64,000 bases of DNA from a virus. Its lineage: Duplodnaviria; Caudoviricetes. Below, piece by piece: positions 8,882 through 17,830 of the stretch; position 1 is the first letter of the stretch; each line of letters begins with the position of its first letter. Position numbers and translations under genes: made by a program. The notes beneath the pieces were generated by a model, which ran no database searches, was not told the origin of the DNA, and saw nothing but the letters and a program-made list of their open reading frames with translations. Where the stretch lies: IMG/VR virus record IMGVR_UViG_3300035696_002928, positions 20,565-84,564 of that record, one strand, 5' to 3'.

Positions 8882-8954
8882 CTGCATCGCCAGGACTCGA
8901 ACCTGGAACCACCGCATTAACAATGCGGCGCTCTACCAAATGAGCTACGATGCA
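8882..8954 (-). tRNA. trnN: tRNA-Asn (GTT)
   Basis: Cloverleaf TGCATCG-TA-GCTC/GAGC-CCGCA TTGTTAA TGCGG-CCAGG TTCGAGT CCTGG-CGATGCA-G; U1:A72 pair and G73; followed by CCT, so CCA is not fully encoded. Confidence 0.93.
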
Positions 8955-9022
8955 GAACGGCTCGCACCGTCGTCCCACGGGCGGCCACGGTGCGGGTACT
9001 GTTTCCGCGCATGGCGGATCAG

Positions 9023-9241
9023 CTACGGTACGTCCTGGTTGTTGCGCGGGTCCTCGTAGGCGTCGTCCTCGTTGTCGCTGAAGTCCTCGTCTTCGTCCTC
9101 GTCGTCGAAGTCCTCGTCTTCGTCGAAGTAGGGATCGAACTCGTCGTCATCGAAGTCGTCCTCGTCGAAGTCGTCCTCGTCGAAGTCGTCCTCGTCGTCC
9201 CACTCCTCGGGCACTTCAATGGGTCGGTCGGCGTCGGGCAT
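9023..9241 (-). CDS. Extremely acidic 72 aa protein (DEDDF repeats)
   Basis: AGGAG RBS; more than half of residues D or E. Confidence 0.6.
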   Translation of the reverse strand: MPDADRPIEVPEEWDDEDDFDEDDFDEDDFDDDEFDPYFDEDEDFDDEDEDEDFSDNEDDAYEDPRNNQDVP

Positions 9242-9354
9242 GGATGCGCTCCTGGTACTGGGGGATTGGGAAGCAGTCGCAAGGACGCGGGCGGACGTTT
9301 ATCGGCGTCTCGTTTAACTGCCAGGCAGGAACCCCTGGCCAGCCCGCGGTTCGT

Positions 9355-9903
9355 TCAACGATGGCCGCCACCGCCGTGACCGCCACCGTGGCCACCACCG
9401 CCACCGTGGCTACCGCCATGACCCGGCGGCGGGCCGCCATGACCCGGCGGCGGGCCGATATGACCGGGCGGACAGCCGTGATGCGGGTCGTGCCCGGGGT
9501 AATGCGGCGGCCCCAGCGGGCCGACATGCCCCGGCGGCGTCGGATAGCCATAATGCGGCTGGTGGTAGGACGGCCCGTGGTAATACCAGTTGTCACCCCA
9601 GCCGTAGACGTAGGGCTCGTCGTTGTTGTCGTACCAGTAGTCGCTATACAGCGACGGGTAGAACACCCACGACTGGCTCGATACGCAGGGATTGACGCAG
9701 AGCCCGTAATGCGGCGCGTACACGGTCGGCGTCGGCGGCTCCGGCAGAGGGTCGTCGTCCGCGATTTCCAACCTGGCACCCGCAGGAACCAGGTATCGCG
9801 TGCCATTCTCCAAGACGAGCACGCCGCCCTTGGGAAGATTCACGGTCGCCGCCTGCACGAGGCCGGCGGTCAACATCACGACCAGGGTCAACAGATACTT
9901 CAT
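9355..9903 (-). CDS. Secreted protein with Tyr/Pro/Gly/His-rich low-complexity tail
   Basis: Signal peptide MKYLLTLVVMLTAGLVQA; PPGHGG repeats; ATGA coupling. Confidence 0.65.
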   Translation of the reverse strand: MKYLLTLVVMLTAGLVQAATVNLPKGGVLVLENGTRYLVPAGARLEIADDDPLPEPPTPTVYAPHYGLCVNPCVSSQSWVFYPSLYSDYWYDNNDEPYVYGWGDNWYYHGPSYHQPHYGYPTPPGHVGPLGPPHYPGHDPHHGCPPGHIGPPPGHGGPPPGHGGSHGGGGGHGGGHGGGGHR

Positions 9904-10163
9904 GGCTGGCCTTTCTCCGCGTTGACCTTGGCTCGCAACTCGCCGAGCACTTCGTCAAGCGTCTGGTACTCGCCGCGCTCGATGGCGGCAATGCAACGGC
10001 GCTCCATTTCGGCGTCGTAGACGACCACAACGTCGTCCACGCTGTAGCAGCGGCCGAGCCACTGCCGCCAGACGCAGAAGTGAAGCTGGTGGCTGGCGTC
10101 CCAGTAGCGTGTCCGGTACATCAGCGGAAAGAGTTGCTTGAGGTAGTAGAGGAGCGTACTCAT
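9900..10163 (-). CDS. Hypothetical protein
   Basis: MSTLLYYLKQLF...; ATGA overlaps at both ends. Confidence 0.55.
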   Translation of the reverse strand: MSTLLYYLKQLFPLMYRTRYWDASHQLHFCVWRQWLGRCYSVDDVVVVYDAEMERRCIAAIERGEYQTLDEVLGELRAKVNAEKGQP

Positions 10164-10516
10164 GGTTTCTCGATCTCCAAGCGGTTGAAAGCGATGATCC
10201 GCATGTCGTCCAGGTGCCGTTGGATGGCCTCTGTTTGCCCGACGCTGCTCCGGCTCCGGGTGGGCCGCAGCCCGCAATCCCAGAGCATGTCCATTAGCTC
10301 CTGGGCCTCCATCCCCTGAAGGCGAAAGGTCGGATCGAGCGGTGCGCCGTCCGGCAACTCCACGAACTCCAGGGGCTTGGCGACCCGCCGCGGCTGGCCG
10401 CTCACATGCTCCACCAGCAGGAAGCCCACCTGCTCGCTCCACGGGTCGCGGTGCGCGACCGCGCGGATGAACTTGTAAAAGTCATAGCCAGATAGATCAC
10501 GCACCGGTATCTCCAA
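10160..10516 (-). CDS. Hypothetical protein
   Basis: Globular ORF in a tightly coupled operon; start uncertain. Confidence 0.6.
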   Translation of the reverse strand: MEIPVRDLSGYDFYKFIRAVAHRDPWSEQVGFLLVEHVSGQPRRVAKPLEFVELPDGAPLDPTFRLQGMEAQELMDMLWDCGLRPTRSRSSVGQTEAIQRHLDDMRIIAFNRLEIEKP

Positions 10517-10715
10517 TCACGTAGTAGTTGACGAGCAGGTCCATGATCTGATACAGCGTCAGGCCGTGGGCATAAATCAGCGTGTCGCCGTACCGCATGA
10601 GCAACTCGTAGCGGACCAGTACACCGGTCTGCATCCGCACGTCGCGGAAGCGCTGGTCGCCGTTGGCCTCCCGCTCTTGCGCATCGCATGGTCCGCCCAA
10701 GAAGATCGCTCTCAT
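10497..10715 (-). CDS. Small hypothetical protein (FLGGPCD motif)
   Basis: N-terminal GGP-x-D motif typical of small phage proteins. Confidence 0.55.
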   Translation of the reverse strand: MRAIFLGGPCDAQEREANGDQRFRDVRMQTGVLVRYELLMRYGDTLIYAHGLTLYQIMDLLVNYYVIGDTGA

Positions 10716-10729
10716 GCTCGCTCAGGGTC

Positions 10730-11011
10730 TCAGATGAAAAGGTGGAAAAGGAAGCCCAGGCCCAGGACCACGGCCCCTTCGGCGAACACGTTCAGGATGT
10801 TGCCGCCTTCCTTCGTCGTGCGGAGGAAGTAGTTGATGACCAGGGCCACGCCCAGGGCGGCGGCAATGGTCAGCCTCGGCAGCCCGAAGACGGGAACGAT
10901 CAGCCAGCCCCACAGGACCGACAGGCAGAACCCGCGGACCAGCGCCGCAGCCACGATCAGGCAGATGGTTCCCAGCAGAAAAGACAGGGACAAGGAGACC
11001 TTGTTGAACAT
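10730..11011 (-). CDS. Small multi-pass membrane protein
   Basis: Three or four hydrophobic segments; GGAG upstream. Confidence 0.6.
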   Translation of the reverse strand: MFNKVSLSLSFLLGTICLIVAAALVRGFCLSVLWGWLIVPVFGLPRLTIAAALGVALVINYFLRTTKEGGNILNVFAEGAVVLGLGFLFHLFI

Positions 11012-11048
11012 AGAGCACTCCGGGTTGGAGGAAAGGAAACGACTCGTT

Positions 11049-12362
11049 CTACTGCAACGGCCCCACGTCACGGCCGCCGTCGATGAGGTAGCGCCGCGGT
11101 CCTTGCTTCTCGCGCTCGTGCCGTAGCTTGACGTTCATCCGCCAGGTGATGCCGTGCTTGGCATTGACGCCGTGAATCCATTGCGACGGCTCGCGGTAGC
11201 CGGACAGCGAGTTGTAGGCGAAGGCGTCGGTGCCGACCCACGACCCGTTGACCAGCAGTTCGCCGTCCACGTCGGAAAGGACGCTGGCGGCATGGTGATG
11301 GCCGCAGCAGAAGTACCGGCAGCGTTGTGCGCCGGCCGCGGCCCCCAGGGCGATCAGGCCCTTCTGGCGGCGGACCATGCCGTACCACGGGATGCCCAGG
11401 TTCGATCGCACGTCGTCACCGTGCGAGACGTTGAACCCGACGCCGTTGATGTTCAGGTTGGCCGACCACGCATCGGGAATGGTGAAATGGACATTGGCCA
11501 TTTCACGGCAGTGCAAGCGGGCCACCTCGGCGACCAGATAGTCCCAGTTGTCCTGCGCGCCGAGGTAGTCCTTCTTCGGCGTCCGCCGGCCGTGATTGCC
11601 CGCCAGGTACAGGATATGGACCTGCTCGAAGTGGGCCGCCAGGTCGCGGTACATCAGGGCGTGAAGCTGGCCGATGGCCAGGCAGTTCTTGAACTGGTTG
11701 CGGTAGTAGGACCGCTCGCAGGCTTTGTGGATTTCGCCGCTGGTGTAGTCGCCGTAGGCCAGCACCCAGAGCACCGGAAAGTAGAACTTCGGCACCAGGG
11801 TGTCCTGGGTCCATTCGACCACGGTGTCCACGTACCGCTCGGCGCGGGCGCAACTGACCGGGAAGCTGTAGTCTTCCAGGCCGCCGACCTCCTCCGGCCG
11901 CACGACCTGATCGTGGTGGCCGTCCGAAAGGTGCATGACGACATGCTCGGTAATCTTCGCCTTGCGCCGGAAGTCCAGAACCGGCGGAAGGGCGGCGAAC
12001 GGCGTCACCCGCTGCTCCATTTCACCGACAATGGCCTTGAACAGGCCGGCGCTCTTGGCGCTGGCCTTGACCTTCTGCCGCTCGCGGTTGCGCTCTTCGG
12101 TCAGATGGATGACCTCGGCCTCCAACTCCATGATCTTCCGGTCGGTCGGGTCGTAGTCGGGGATCGCCTTGTGCTGGCCGCCGGCCGCCTTGGGTCCGGG
12201 GGCTTCCCCATCGGGCCACGGCACGTCCTTATGCACGCGGCCGGTGGCGATGTCGGAAACGATGGATCGGCTGACCTTGTGCCGCTTGGCAATGACCGGC
12301 TGCGATACGCCCGCGGCGATTGCCGTCTTGATCTTCACGACTGTTTTCTTGGACAAGCGCAT
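11049..12362 (-). CDS. HTH plus coiled coil plus calcineurin-like phosphoesterase/nuclease
   Basis: N-terminal HTH (QPVIAKRHKVSRSIVSDIATG); LSDGH, GDYTSG, AGNHGR, SHGD, GHHH motifs. Confidence 0.75.
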   Translation of the reverse strand: MRLSKKTVVKIKTAIAAGVSQPVIAKRHKVSRSIVSDIATGRVHKDVPWPDGEAPGPKAAGGQHKAIPDYDPTDRKIMELEAEVIHLTEERNRERQKVKASAKSAGLFKAIVGEMEQRVTPFAALPPVLDFRRKAKITEHVVMHLSDGHHDQVVRPEEVGGLEDYSFPVSCARAERYVDTVVEWTQDTLVPKFYFPVLWVLAYGDYTSGEIHKACERSYYRNQFKNCLAIGQLHALMYRDLAAHFEQVHILYLAGNHGRRTPKKDYLGAQDNWDYLVAEVARLHCREMANVHFTIPDAWSANLNINGVGFNVSHGDDVRSNLGIPWYGMVRRQKGLIALGAAAGAQRCRYFCCGHHHAASVLSDVDGELLVNGSWVGTDAFAYNSLSGYREPSQWIHGVNAKHGITWRMNVKLRHEREKQGPRRYLIDGGRDVGPLQ

Positions 12363-12452
12363 AGTGACTCCGCTCTCGCCTCGCCGGTGACAGGAAATGG
12401 ATAAGGCCGGACGGCCCCTGGGACGGGACCGTCCGGCATGGGAGGGCTGGAC

Positions 12453-13388
12453 TTACTGCGTGCGAACGAACTGCTCGATCCAGCTACGCGCGGCCTCGAA
12501 GTTGAAGCCGCCCAGACAGGGCTCGGACAAGTCGGGGCTGCCGCGCCCGGAGCCGACTACCGCGGCGTCTTCCACCGGAATGGCCTCGATGTCTTTCAGG
12601 GTGGGCATCTTGACGGTCGGGTCGATAGCCCATTCGATCTTGGCTTCCTTGGCAAAGGCATGGATGCGCCGCACGGGAACGATGAAGTTGAAGCCCTGGA
12701 GCCGCTGCACGCCCTGGGTCAGCATCCCGACGTAGACGCCATCCGCCTTGATGTACACGCCGCCGCCCGAGCTACCGGGGAAAGCCACGGCCGTCACCTG
12801 GTCGAAGACCTTGACGTTCGCGCCCTTCATCGGCAACGTCCGCCCCACCTGGCTGAGCACGCCGGTCGTGTAGCTGTTCGCCCCGAATTGGCCGAGGAGA
12901 CTGCCGCAATGCGCCAGTTCGACGCCGATGGCCGGGATGTAGTCCTTCTCCAGGTGGAACTTCGTATTCAGCGTGATCGGGTAGGCATTCTTGCAGCGGA
13001 CCATGAGCAGGGCCAGGTCTTCGCCATAATCGGCGTCCGACACCTTGATGACCTTGGCGTCGAACTTCACTTCGCCGACCCGCCGGCCGCCTTCCTGCCG
13101 CTCCTGGACGATCTCGGCGTCCTTGTATTCGATCAGGGTCCGCGTGGTGCCGTTGGCCGTGACGACCGTGCGTGACGTGCGCAGATTGTCAACGACGTGG
13201 GCCGCCGTCCAGACGAAACTCACGGTGTCCTCGCCGATCTTTCGAGTGACGAGGTTGCCGGAACCCTGGGCCTCCCCGGACTTGATGGTCACGCTGATCT
13301 GCTGCAAATCGTCGGGCACGCCCGCCAGGGCCGTGCCGCCCAACAGGGCGAGGGACAAGGCGAAAACCAGAAACAGGCTACTCTTCAT
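12453..13388 (-). CDS. Secreted trypsin-like (S1) serine protease
   Basis: Signal peptide; TAAHV, EDLALL, PGSSGGG catalytic triad motifs. Confidence 0.85.
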   Translation of the reverse strand: MKSSLFLVFALSLALLGGTALAGVPDDLQQISVTIKSGEAQGSGNLVTRKIGEDTVSFVWTAAHVVDNLRTSRTVVTANGTTRTLIEYKDAEIVQERQEGGRRVGEVKFDAKVIKVSDADYGEDLALLMVRCKNAYPITLNTKFHLEKDYIPAIGVELAHCGSLLGQFGANSYTTGVLSQVGRTLPMKGANVKVFDQVTAVAFPGSSGGGVYIKADGVYVGMLTQGVQRLQGFNFIVPVRRIHAFAKEAKIEWAIDPTVKMPTLKDIEAIPVEDAAVVGSGRGSPDLSEPCLGGFNFEAARSWIEQFVRTQ

Positions 13389-13466
13389 CGGTGCAACTCC
13401 AAAAGGTGAAAAGGAAAGGAAAACGCGACAGCCGCTCAGATGTCGAGCGACGAGTCCTCGTCCATG

Positions 13467-13820
13467 TCACGATCCGTGTCGTAATCTTCGGTACTCCTCC
13501 GCGTCAGGGTCATCCATGATCTCGACTTCGATCTGACGCTCGCACTCCGGTTTCAAGCGAACAACAAGTCCTTCGTGAAGGCGCTCGACAAGTGAACCCG
13601 GGTTGTCAGGGCACCACTCCATCAAGACTTCAATTGTCACGGCTAGGCCCACCGAATTCGGCTCGGTGAGCATAAACGCCAAGCCGACAAGTTCACCCTC
13701 GTCAGCAACGGCCTCGTGAACCGCGGCACGAAGGCGCTTGCCCCAACTACGACGAAAGCCGCTCGCGTCTTCGTCCCAGTGGCCGGAATACACCAGGATG
13801 CGGCATTGGATGTACTTCAC
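13467..13820 (-). CDS. Hypothetical protein
   Basis: GTG start overlapping the helicase TGA (GTGA). Confidence 0.55.
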   Translation of the reverse strand: MKYIQCRILVYSGHWDEDASGFRRSWGKRLRAAVHEAVADEGELVGLAFMLTEPNSVGLAVTIEVLMEWCPDNPGSLVERLHEGLVVRLKPECERQIEVEIMDDPDAEEYRRLRHGS

Positions 13821-15790
13821 AACACGGCCTCCACGATCTGGAGAGTTCCGTCCACACCATCCGAACTGGTGTCCCACTGGACGCCGGCCATCAGTTCGCC
13901 CATCGTCATTAGCTCCAACTTGCGGTTCTCACGAATCACGTCCAGCACGCGCTCGTCGGTGGGCAAATGGATCAAGTCCACAATCAAGCAGCCCAGGTTC
14001 AGGTCCATGCCAATACGGTGAATGCGGTCCTCGCTCTGGATGCGGTACTCCGGCTTCCAAGAGTTGGACCAGTAGACCGCCGTGCGGGCCTCGACCAGTG
14101 TCAGGCTCATGCCGCCGGACTCTGGGTTCGCCACGAAGGCCACCCGCGGATGGTTCATGTTGGCCCAGTAGTCCAGTGGCTCTTCGCTGACAGGCTCGCC
14201 GTCGTGCGTGAGCACTTGAAAAGTGCCCTGGTCGCACCGCACAACGGTCCACTTCTCCTTGAGGCACAGCCGGGCCACCCGATCCACCGAGCCCGTGAAG
14301 CCGGCGAAGATTACAAGACGGCCGGTCTCCTCGTTCTCGTCCAGGAGCATCTTCAGGGCGGCGTCCTTCGGGCACGGGACCTCGTGGGATGTGCGGATCA
14401 TCCTCGGGACTTCGCGTGCGCCACCGCACACCGGGCACGTCACCGTCTGCTCAATCAGCCGAGCCACCACATCGGGCGGCAATAGGCCAATACCCGGGTA
14501 CGATTGCTCCGGGTTCTGCGGGTCCACGTACTGCGTGACCGTGCCGTCGCTGCAATGTGTGCAGGGCTTCGTGCCATCCTGCTCTTCGCGGTACTGGAAG
14601 CCGTCGCTCAACTCCCGGAGCAGGGTCATGCCGGTGATGGCGTTCGGGGCCGACGACACGACAGCCTCGGCCACGCGGACGATGCTCGCGGACGGCTTGC
14701 AGATGATCTTGCGGTAGCGCTTGTCGGGCAGGTCCAGGCAGTCCTTCTTGTGCTTGATCGTGACCAGCCCCTTGAGCCGTTCGTGCAGGTAGGCGACCTC
14801 GTTCGTGCTCGCCTGGAACGGGTGATAGGCGTCCGGCTCCGTGAGCCCATCCAACTCGTGTGGCCCCGCCTCGCGGGTCTCGCCGCACTTCTCGCACTTC
14901 TTCTCGTCGTCCTTCCAGCCGATCCGCTTCTTGAACGCGCCTTCGTCGAACTGTTGCAGGACCATGAAGGCCATCCGCTCTTCCATCGCCTTCTGGCTCC
15001 CCTCGCGGAGGAACCCGGGCCAGGCGATCTCGCACTGGCTCCACCAATCCACCGGCGACTTCGGCGACGGGGTGCCGGACATCTCGATCACGAAGCCGTG
15101 CTCCAGCCCGTACTTTTCGCGGATCATGTCCGCCAGGCGTTGGCAGGCTTGCGAGCGCTGCGAGCCGGAGTTCTTGCACCGGCTGGATTCATCGCAGATC
15201 ATTCCCGCCGGAAACGGCTGGCCGGGCTTCCACTCGTCCACCCACAGTTTCAGTCCCTCGTAGGTGAAGAACTCGACGTTGAACCGGTCGAAGGGGAAGT
15301 TCCACTTGCGGAACTCCCGCTTGATGTTCGGCAGGCTGGTCTTCGGGCCGACCCAGAACCACCAGTCGATGCTCGACCGCTCGATGACTTCCTGGGCCGA
15401 CAGGGTTTTGCCCGTGCCCATTTCGGCCGCGAAGATGTGGTAGTGGTACGTCAGCCCGTTGTCGGTCAGGTCTTTCTGGTGGTCCTTCAGCGGTCGCGTG
15501 TACTCGTGCCGCACCAGCGGCCGGTCGAACCATGCGTAGGCATCTTCGCCTACGAGGAAGGAAAGCTGAAAGCGGTTGCGCGGGCAGTCCTCCACGGACC
15601 AAATCTTCCGCGGGTCCTGCTCGTCGTAGCCGTGCCAACGCGAGCCGCGCATCGCCTTGATCTCGTCCTTCAGGCTGTAGGGGCTCTTGATGAAGAAAAT
15701 GCGACCATCCTTGTACTCCAAGGTGGCCGTCACCAGGATCGGCGTCCCGGAGGAAGTCGTAGTACGCAACTGGGTTTGGACGACGGGCAT
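13817..15790 (-). CDS. SNF2-like SF2 helicase with Cys-pair insertions
   Basis: AAEMGTGKT, ICDES, MSGTP, SGGMSLTL, QSEDRIHRIG. Confidence 0.88.
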   Translation of the reverse strand: MPVVQTQLRTTTSSGTPILVTATLEYKDGRIFFIKSPYSLKDEIKAMRGSRWHGYDEQDPRKIWSVEDCPRNRFQLSFLVGEDAYAWFDRPLVRHEYTRPLKDHQKDLTDNGLTYHYHIFAAEMGTGKTLSAQEVIERSSIDWWFWVGPKTSLPNIKREFRKWNFPFDRFNVEFFTYEGLKLWVDEWKPGQPFPAGMICDESSRCKNSGSQRSQACQRLADMIREKYGLEHGFVIEMSGTPSPKSPVDWWSQCEIAWPGFLREGSQKAMEERMAFMVLQQFDEGAFKKRIGWKDDEKKCEKCGETREAGPHELDGLTEPDAYHPFQASTNEVAYLHERLKGLVTIKHKKDCLDLPDKRYRKIICKPSASIVRVAEAVVSSAPNAITGMTLLRELSDGFQYREEQDGTKPCTHCSDGTVTQYVDPQNPEQSYPGIGLLPPDVVARLIEQTVTCPVCGGAREVPRMIRTSHEVPCPKDAALKMLLDENEETGRLVIFAGFTGSVDRVARLCLKEKWTVVRCDQGTFQVLTHDGEPVSEEPLDYWANMNHPRVAFVANPESGGMSLTLVEARTAVYWSNSWKPEYRIQSEDRIHRIGMDLNLGCLIVDLIHLPTDERVLDVIRENRKLELMTMGELMAGVQWDTSSDGVDGTLQIVEAVL

Positions 15791-15852
15791 CAGAGTCTTC
15801 TCGCGTTTACACGCCTCTTCCAGCCTTGAGCACCGAGTAAGAGAGCTGACAC

Positions 15853-15884
15853 TTACTGAATCAGCGAAAAAATGAAGGCTAGAG
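15853..15884 (-). promoter_or_regulatory. Class I motif copy 3
   Basis: Same consensus; upstream of the helicase. Confidence 0.7.
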
Positions 15885-17072
15885 TGATTTCAGGCGGGCG
15901 ACCGCGATTTCGCAGTTGTGCTCGCTGAGTTCGACGCCGATACACGGCCGCCCGAGCCGTTTGGCAGCCAACAGCGTGGAACCGCTGCCGGCGAACGGGT
16001 CCAGCACCATCCCGCCCGTAGGCGTAGACAGCAGAGTGAGGAGATACTCCATCAAGGCAAGGGGCTTGACCGTGGGATGGTCATTCTTCATCCCCGGCGG
16101 GTTGCGCTCTTTCTTGTTGGCCTTCGCCGTGTAGAAGAACCGGCTGGCCCCGCCCGAATCTCCGTAGGTGCCGGCGGCCGTGGCCGTAGGCGGAAAGCCG
16201 CGGTGATAGCCGCCGTCCTTGCCGTCCGAGCGCTGCTGCCCGGGCTTCATCATGCCGCTCTTGAGCGTGCCGGTTTGCTGGTCCAGCATGGCCGCCGCCC
16301 CTTCATCCAGGAGCAGGTTTGCCGGCCAGCGCCCGCATTCCGAGCCACCCACAGGAGACCGGTTGACACTGACCCAGCCGCCGTCCGACTCCGACCGTGG
16401 GTTGCGCGTGCGGATCGTGCTGTCCATCCCGATCCGGCTGGCGTTGATGTTCAACCCGGCCACGCCCCACTGCTCGGCGTTGTGCGCCAGCGTGCCGTCC
16501 AGGGGCTTCATTGCTAACGTGACCGGTTCCCAGGCGGGCTTCAGTGAGTTGGCCCAACCGGTCCATGCTTTCGCCAGGTCAGTGGCCGGGGCCGTAATGG
16601 CGCATTCGGCCGCCGGATTGTGAAGATCACCGTAGACCTCGTTCGTGCGGCCGTTGTCGGCAAGCGAGTAGCCGGGCTGACCGACCTTCGTACCGATGAC
16701 CTCCCGCTTGGCCCCTTTCGCCTTGTCGATCATCAGGCCCACGTCCGGGGCCTTGGGAAAGCCCTGGCCTTGCAGCCACATGAGGCAATCACGGACCTCC
16801 CAACCGGCGTCCTCAATCGCGCAGACGAGCCGGTGATAGGTCCGGGTGCCGCCGAAGGCCATGAGCATCGCACCCGGCTTGCACACCCGAAGGAACTTCT
16901 CCCAGAACAGCGGACCAGGGACACCGTGGTCCCATTCGTGGCCCATGAAGTCCAGGCCGTAGGGTGGATCGGTGCAGATGAAGTCCATCGACAATTCGGG
17001 CAAGGTCGGCACGATCTCGCGGTTGTCACCGCAGTAGAGTGTGATGTTGTCACGCTGGTAGTACGGAGTCAT
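15879..17072 (-). CDS. Beta-class N6-adenine/N4-cytosine DNA methyltransferase
   Basis: DPPY near the N-terminus; HPTVKP and LDPFAGSGST near the C-terminus. Confidence 0.9.
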   Translation of the reverse strand: MTPYYQRDNITLYCGDNREIVPTLPELSMDFICTDPPYGLDFMGHEWDHGVPGPLFWEKFLRVCKPGAMLMAFGGTRTYHRLVCAIEDAGWEVRDCLMWLQGQGFPKAPDVGLMIDKAKGAKREVIGTKVGQPGYSLADNGRTNEVYGDLHNPAAECAITAPATDLAKAWTGWANSLKPAWEPVTLAMKPLDGTLAHNAEQWGVAGLNINASRIGMDSTIRTRNPRSESDGGWVSVNRSPVGGSECGRWPANLLLDEGAAAMLDQQTGTLKSGMMKPGQQRSDGKDGGYHRGFPPTATAAGTYGDSGGASRFFYTAKANKKERNPPGMKNDHPTVKPLALMEYLLTLLSTPTGGMVLDPFAGSGSTLLAAKRLGRPCIGVELSEHNCEIAVARLKSL

Positions 17073-17596
17073 CGCTGTGGCCTGTATTCCAAGAGAAGGG
17101 TGGCGTTGTCAGGGGCAGGGCGACTGCGGTAGTCGCCCCACACGTCCAAACCGGCACCACGAAAGATGCTGTGGACCTTGTTGAAGCCGGCGCGCACCGA
17201 CAACTTCACCGCGGGCGTAGACCCCGCAGCGACGGCATCGCGCCACTGAGCCAAGGTGCCGCTGATGACGGCTGCCGACACGCCACGAGCGGTTGTCTCC
17301 GCGGTGACATACGGCATCCCGGAACAGCGCTCCAGGATGTCGTACAAGTCGCCGTCCTCGGCGACCAAAAAGACACTGAAGAAGGCGTGAGGCAACAAGT
17401 CCGCCGTGAAGCCAGCCGGGGCGTCCGGGTCCCGCAACGCCGCCAGACAACTCAGAAACTTCTCCGCCTCTGACAACTCGCGCGGCATCGCCGCCGCGGC
17501 GCGCACGGGCGAATAGCCCAGCACTTGCTGGCAGATGCTCGTGAACGCACGAAGGTTCACGGCGGGCGACGTTAGCAACAAGCATTCCGGCTTCAT
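17069..17596 (-). CDS. Hypothetical protein with weak ThyX-like features
   Basis: LLPHAFFSVFL and ISGTLAQWRDAV resemble ThyX segments but the RHR motif is absent; coupled to the MTase start. Confidence 0.4.
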   Translation of the reverse strand: MKPECLLLTSPAVNLRAFTSICQQVLGYSPVRAAAAMPRELSEAEKFLSCLAALRDPDAPAGFTADLLPHAFFSVFLVAEDGDLYDILERCSGMPYVTAETTARGVSAAVISGTLAQWRDAVAAGSTPAVKLSVRAGFNKVHSIFRGAGLDVWGDYRSRPAPDNATLLLEYRPQR

Positions 17597-17830
17597 GGTG
17601 AACACGCAGAGAATGCCTGTCTTGCGGCACGATTGCCGCAAGACAGGCGAGGATCAGGACCCGCCAGAAGGCCCGTTGGCACGACTGGCGGGGAGCAAAT
17701 ACCTGCCCTTGATGCACGTCACCGAGCGTCGGTGGCCGATGCGCAGTCGGCCGGCGTTTGCGGGAGCGGTGCGGCAGGTGTGTCTAGCCCTGCCGGAGCC
17801 TTTCAGCAGGTCCAGCAGGGAACAGAGAAG

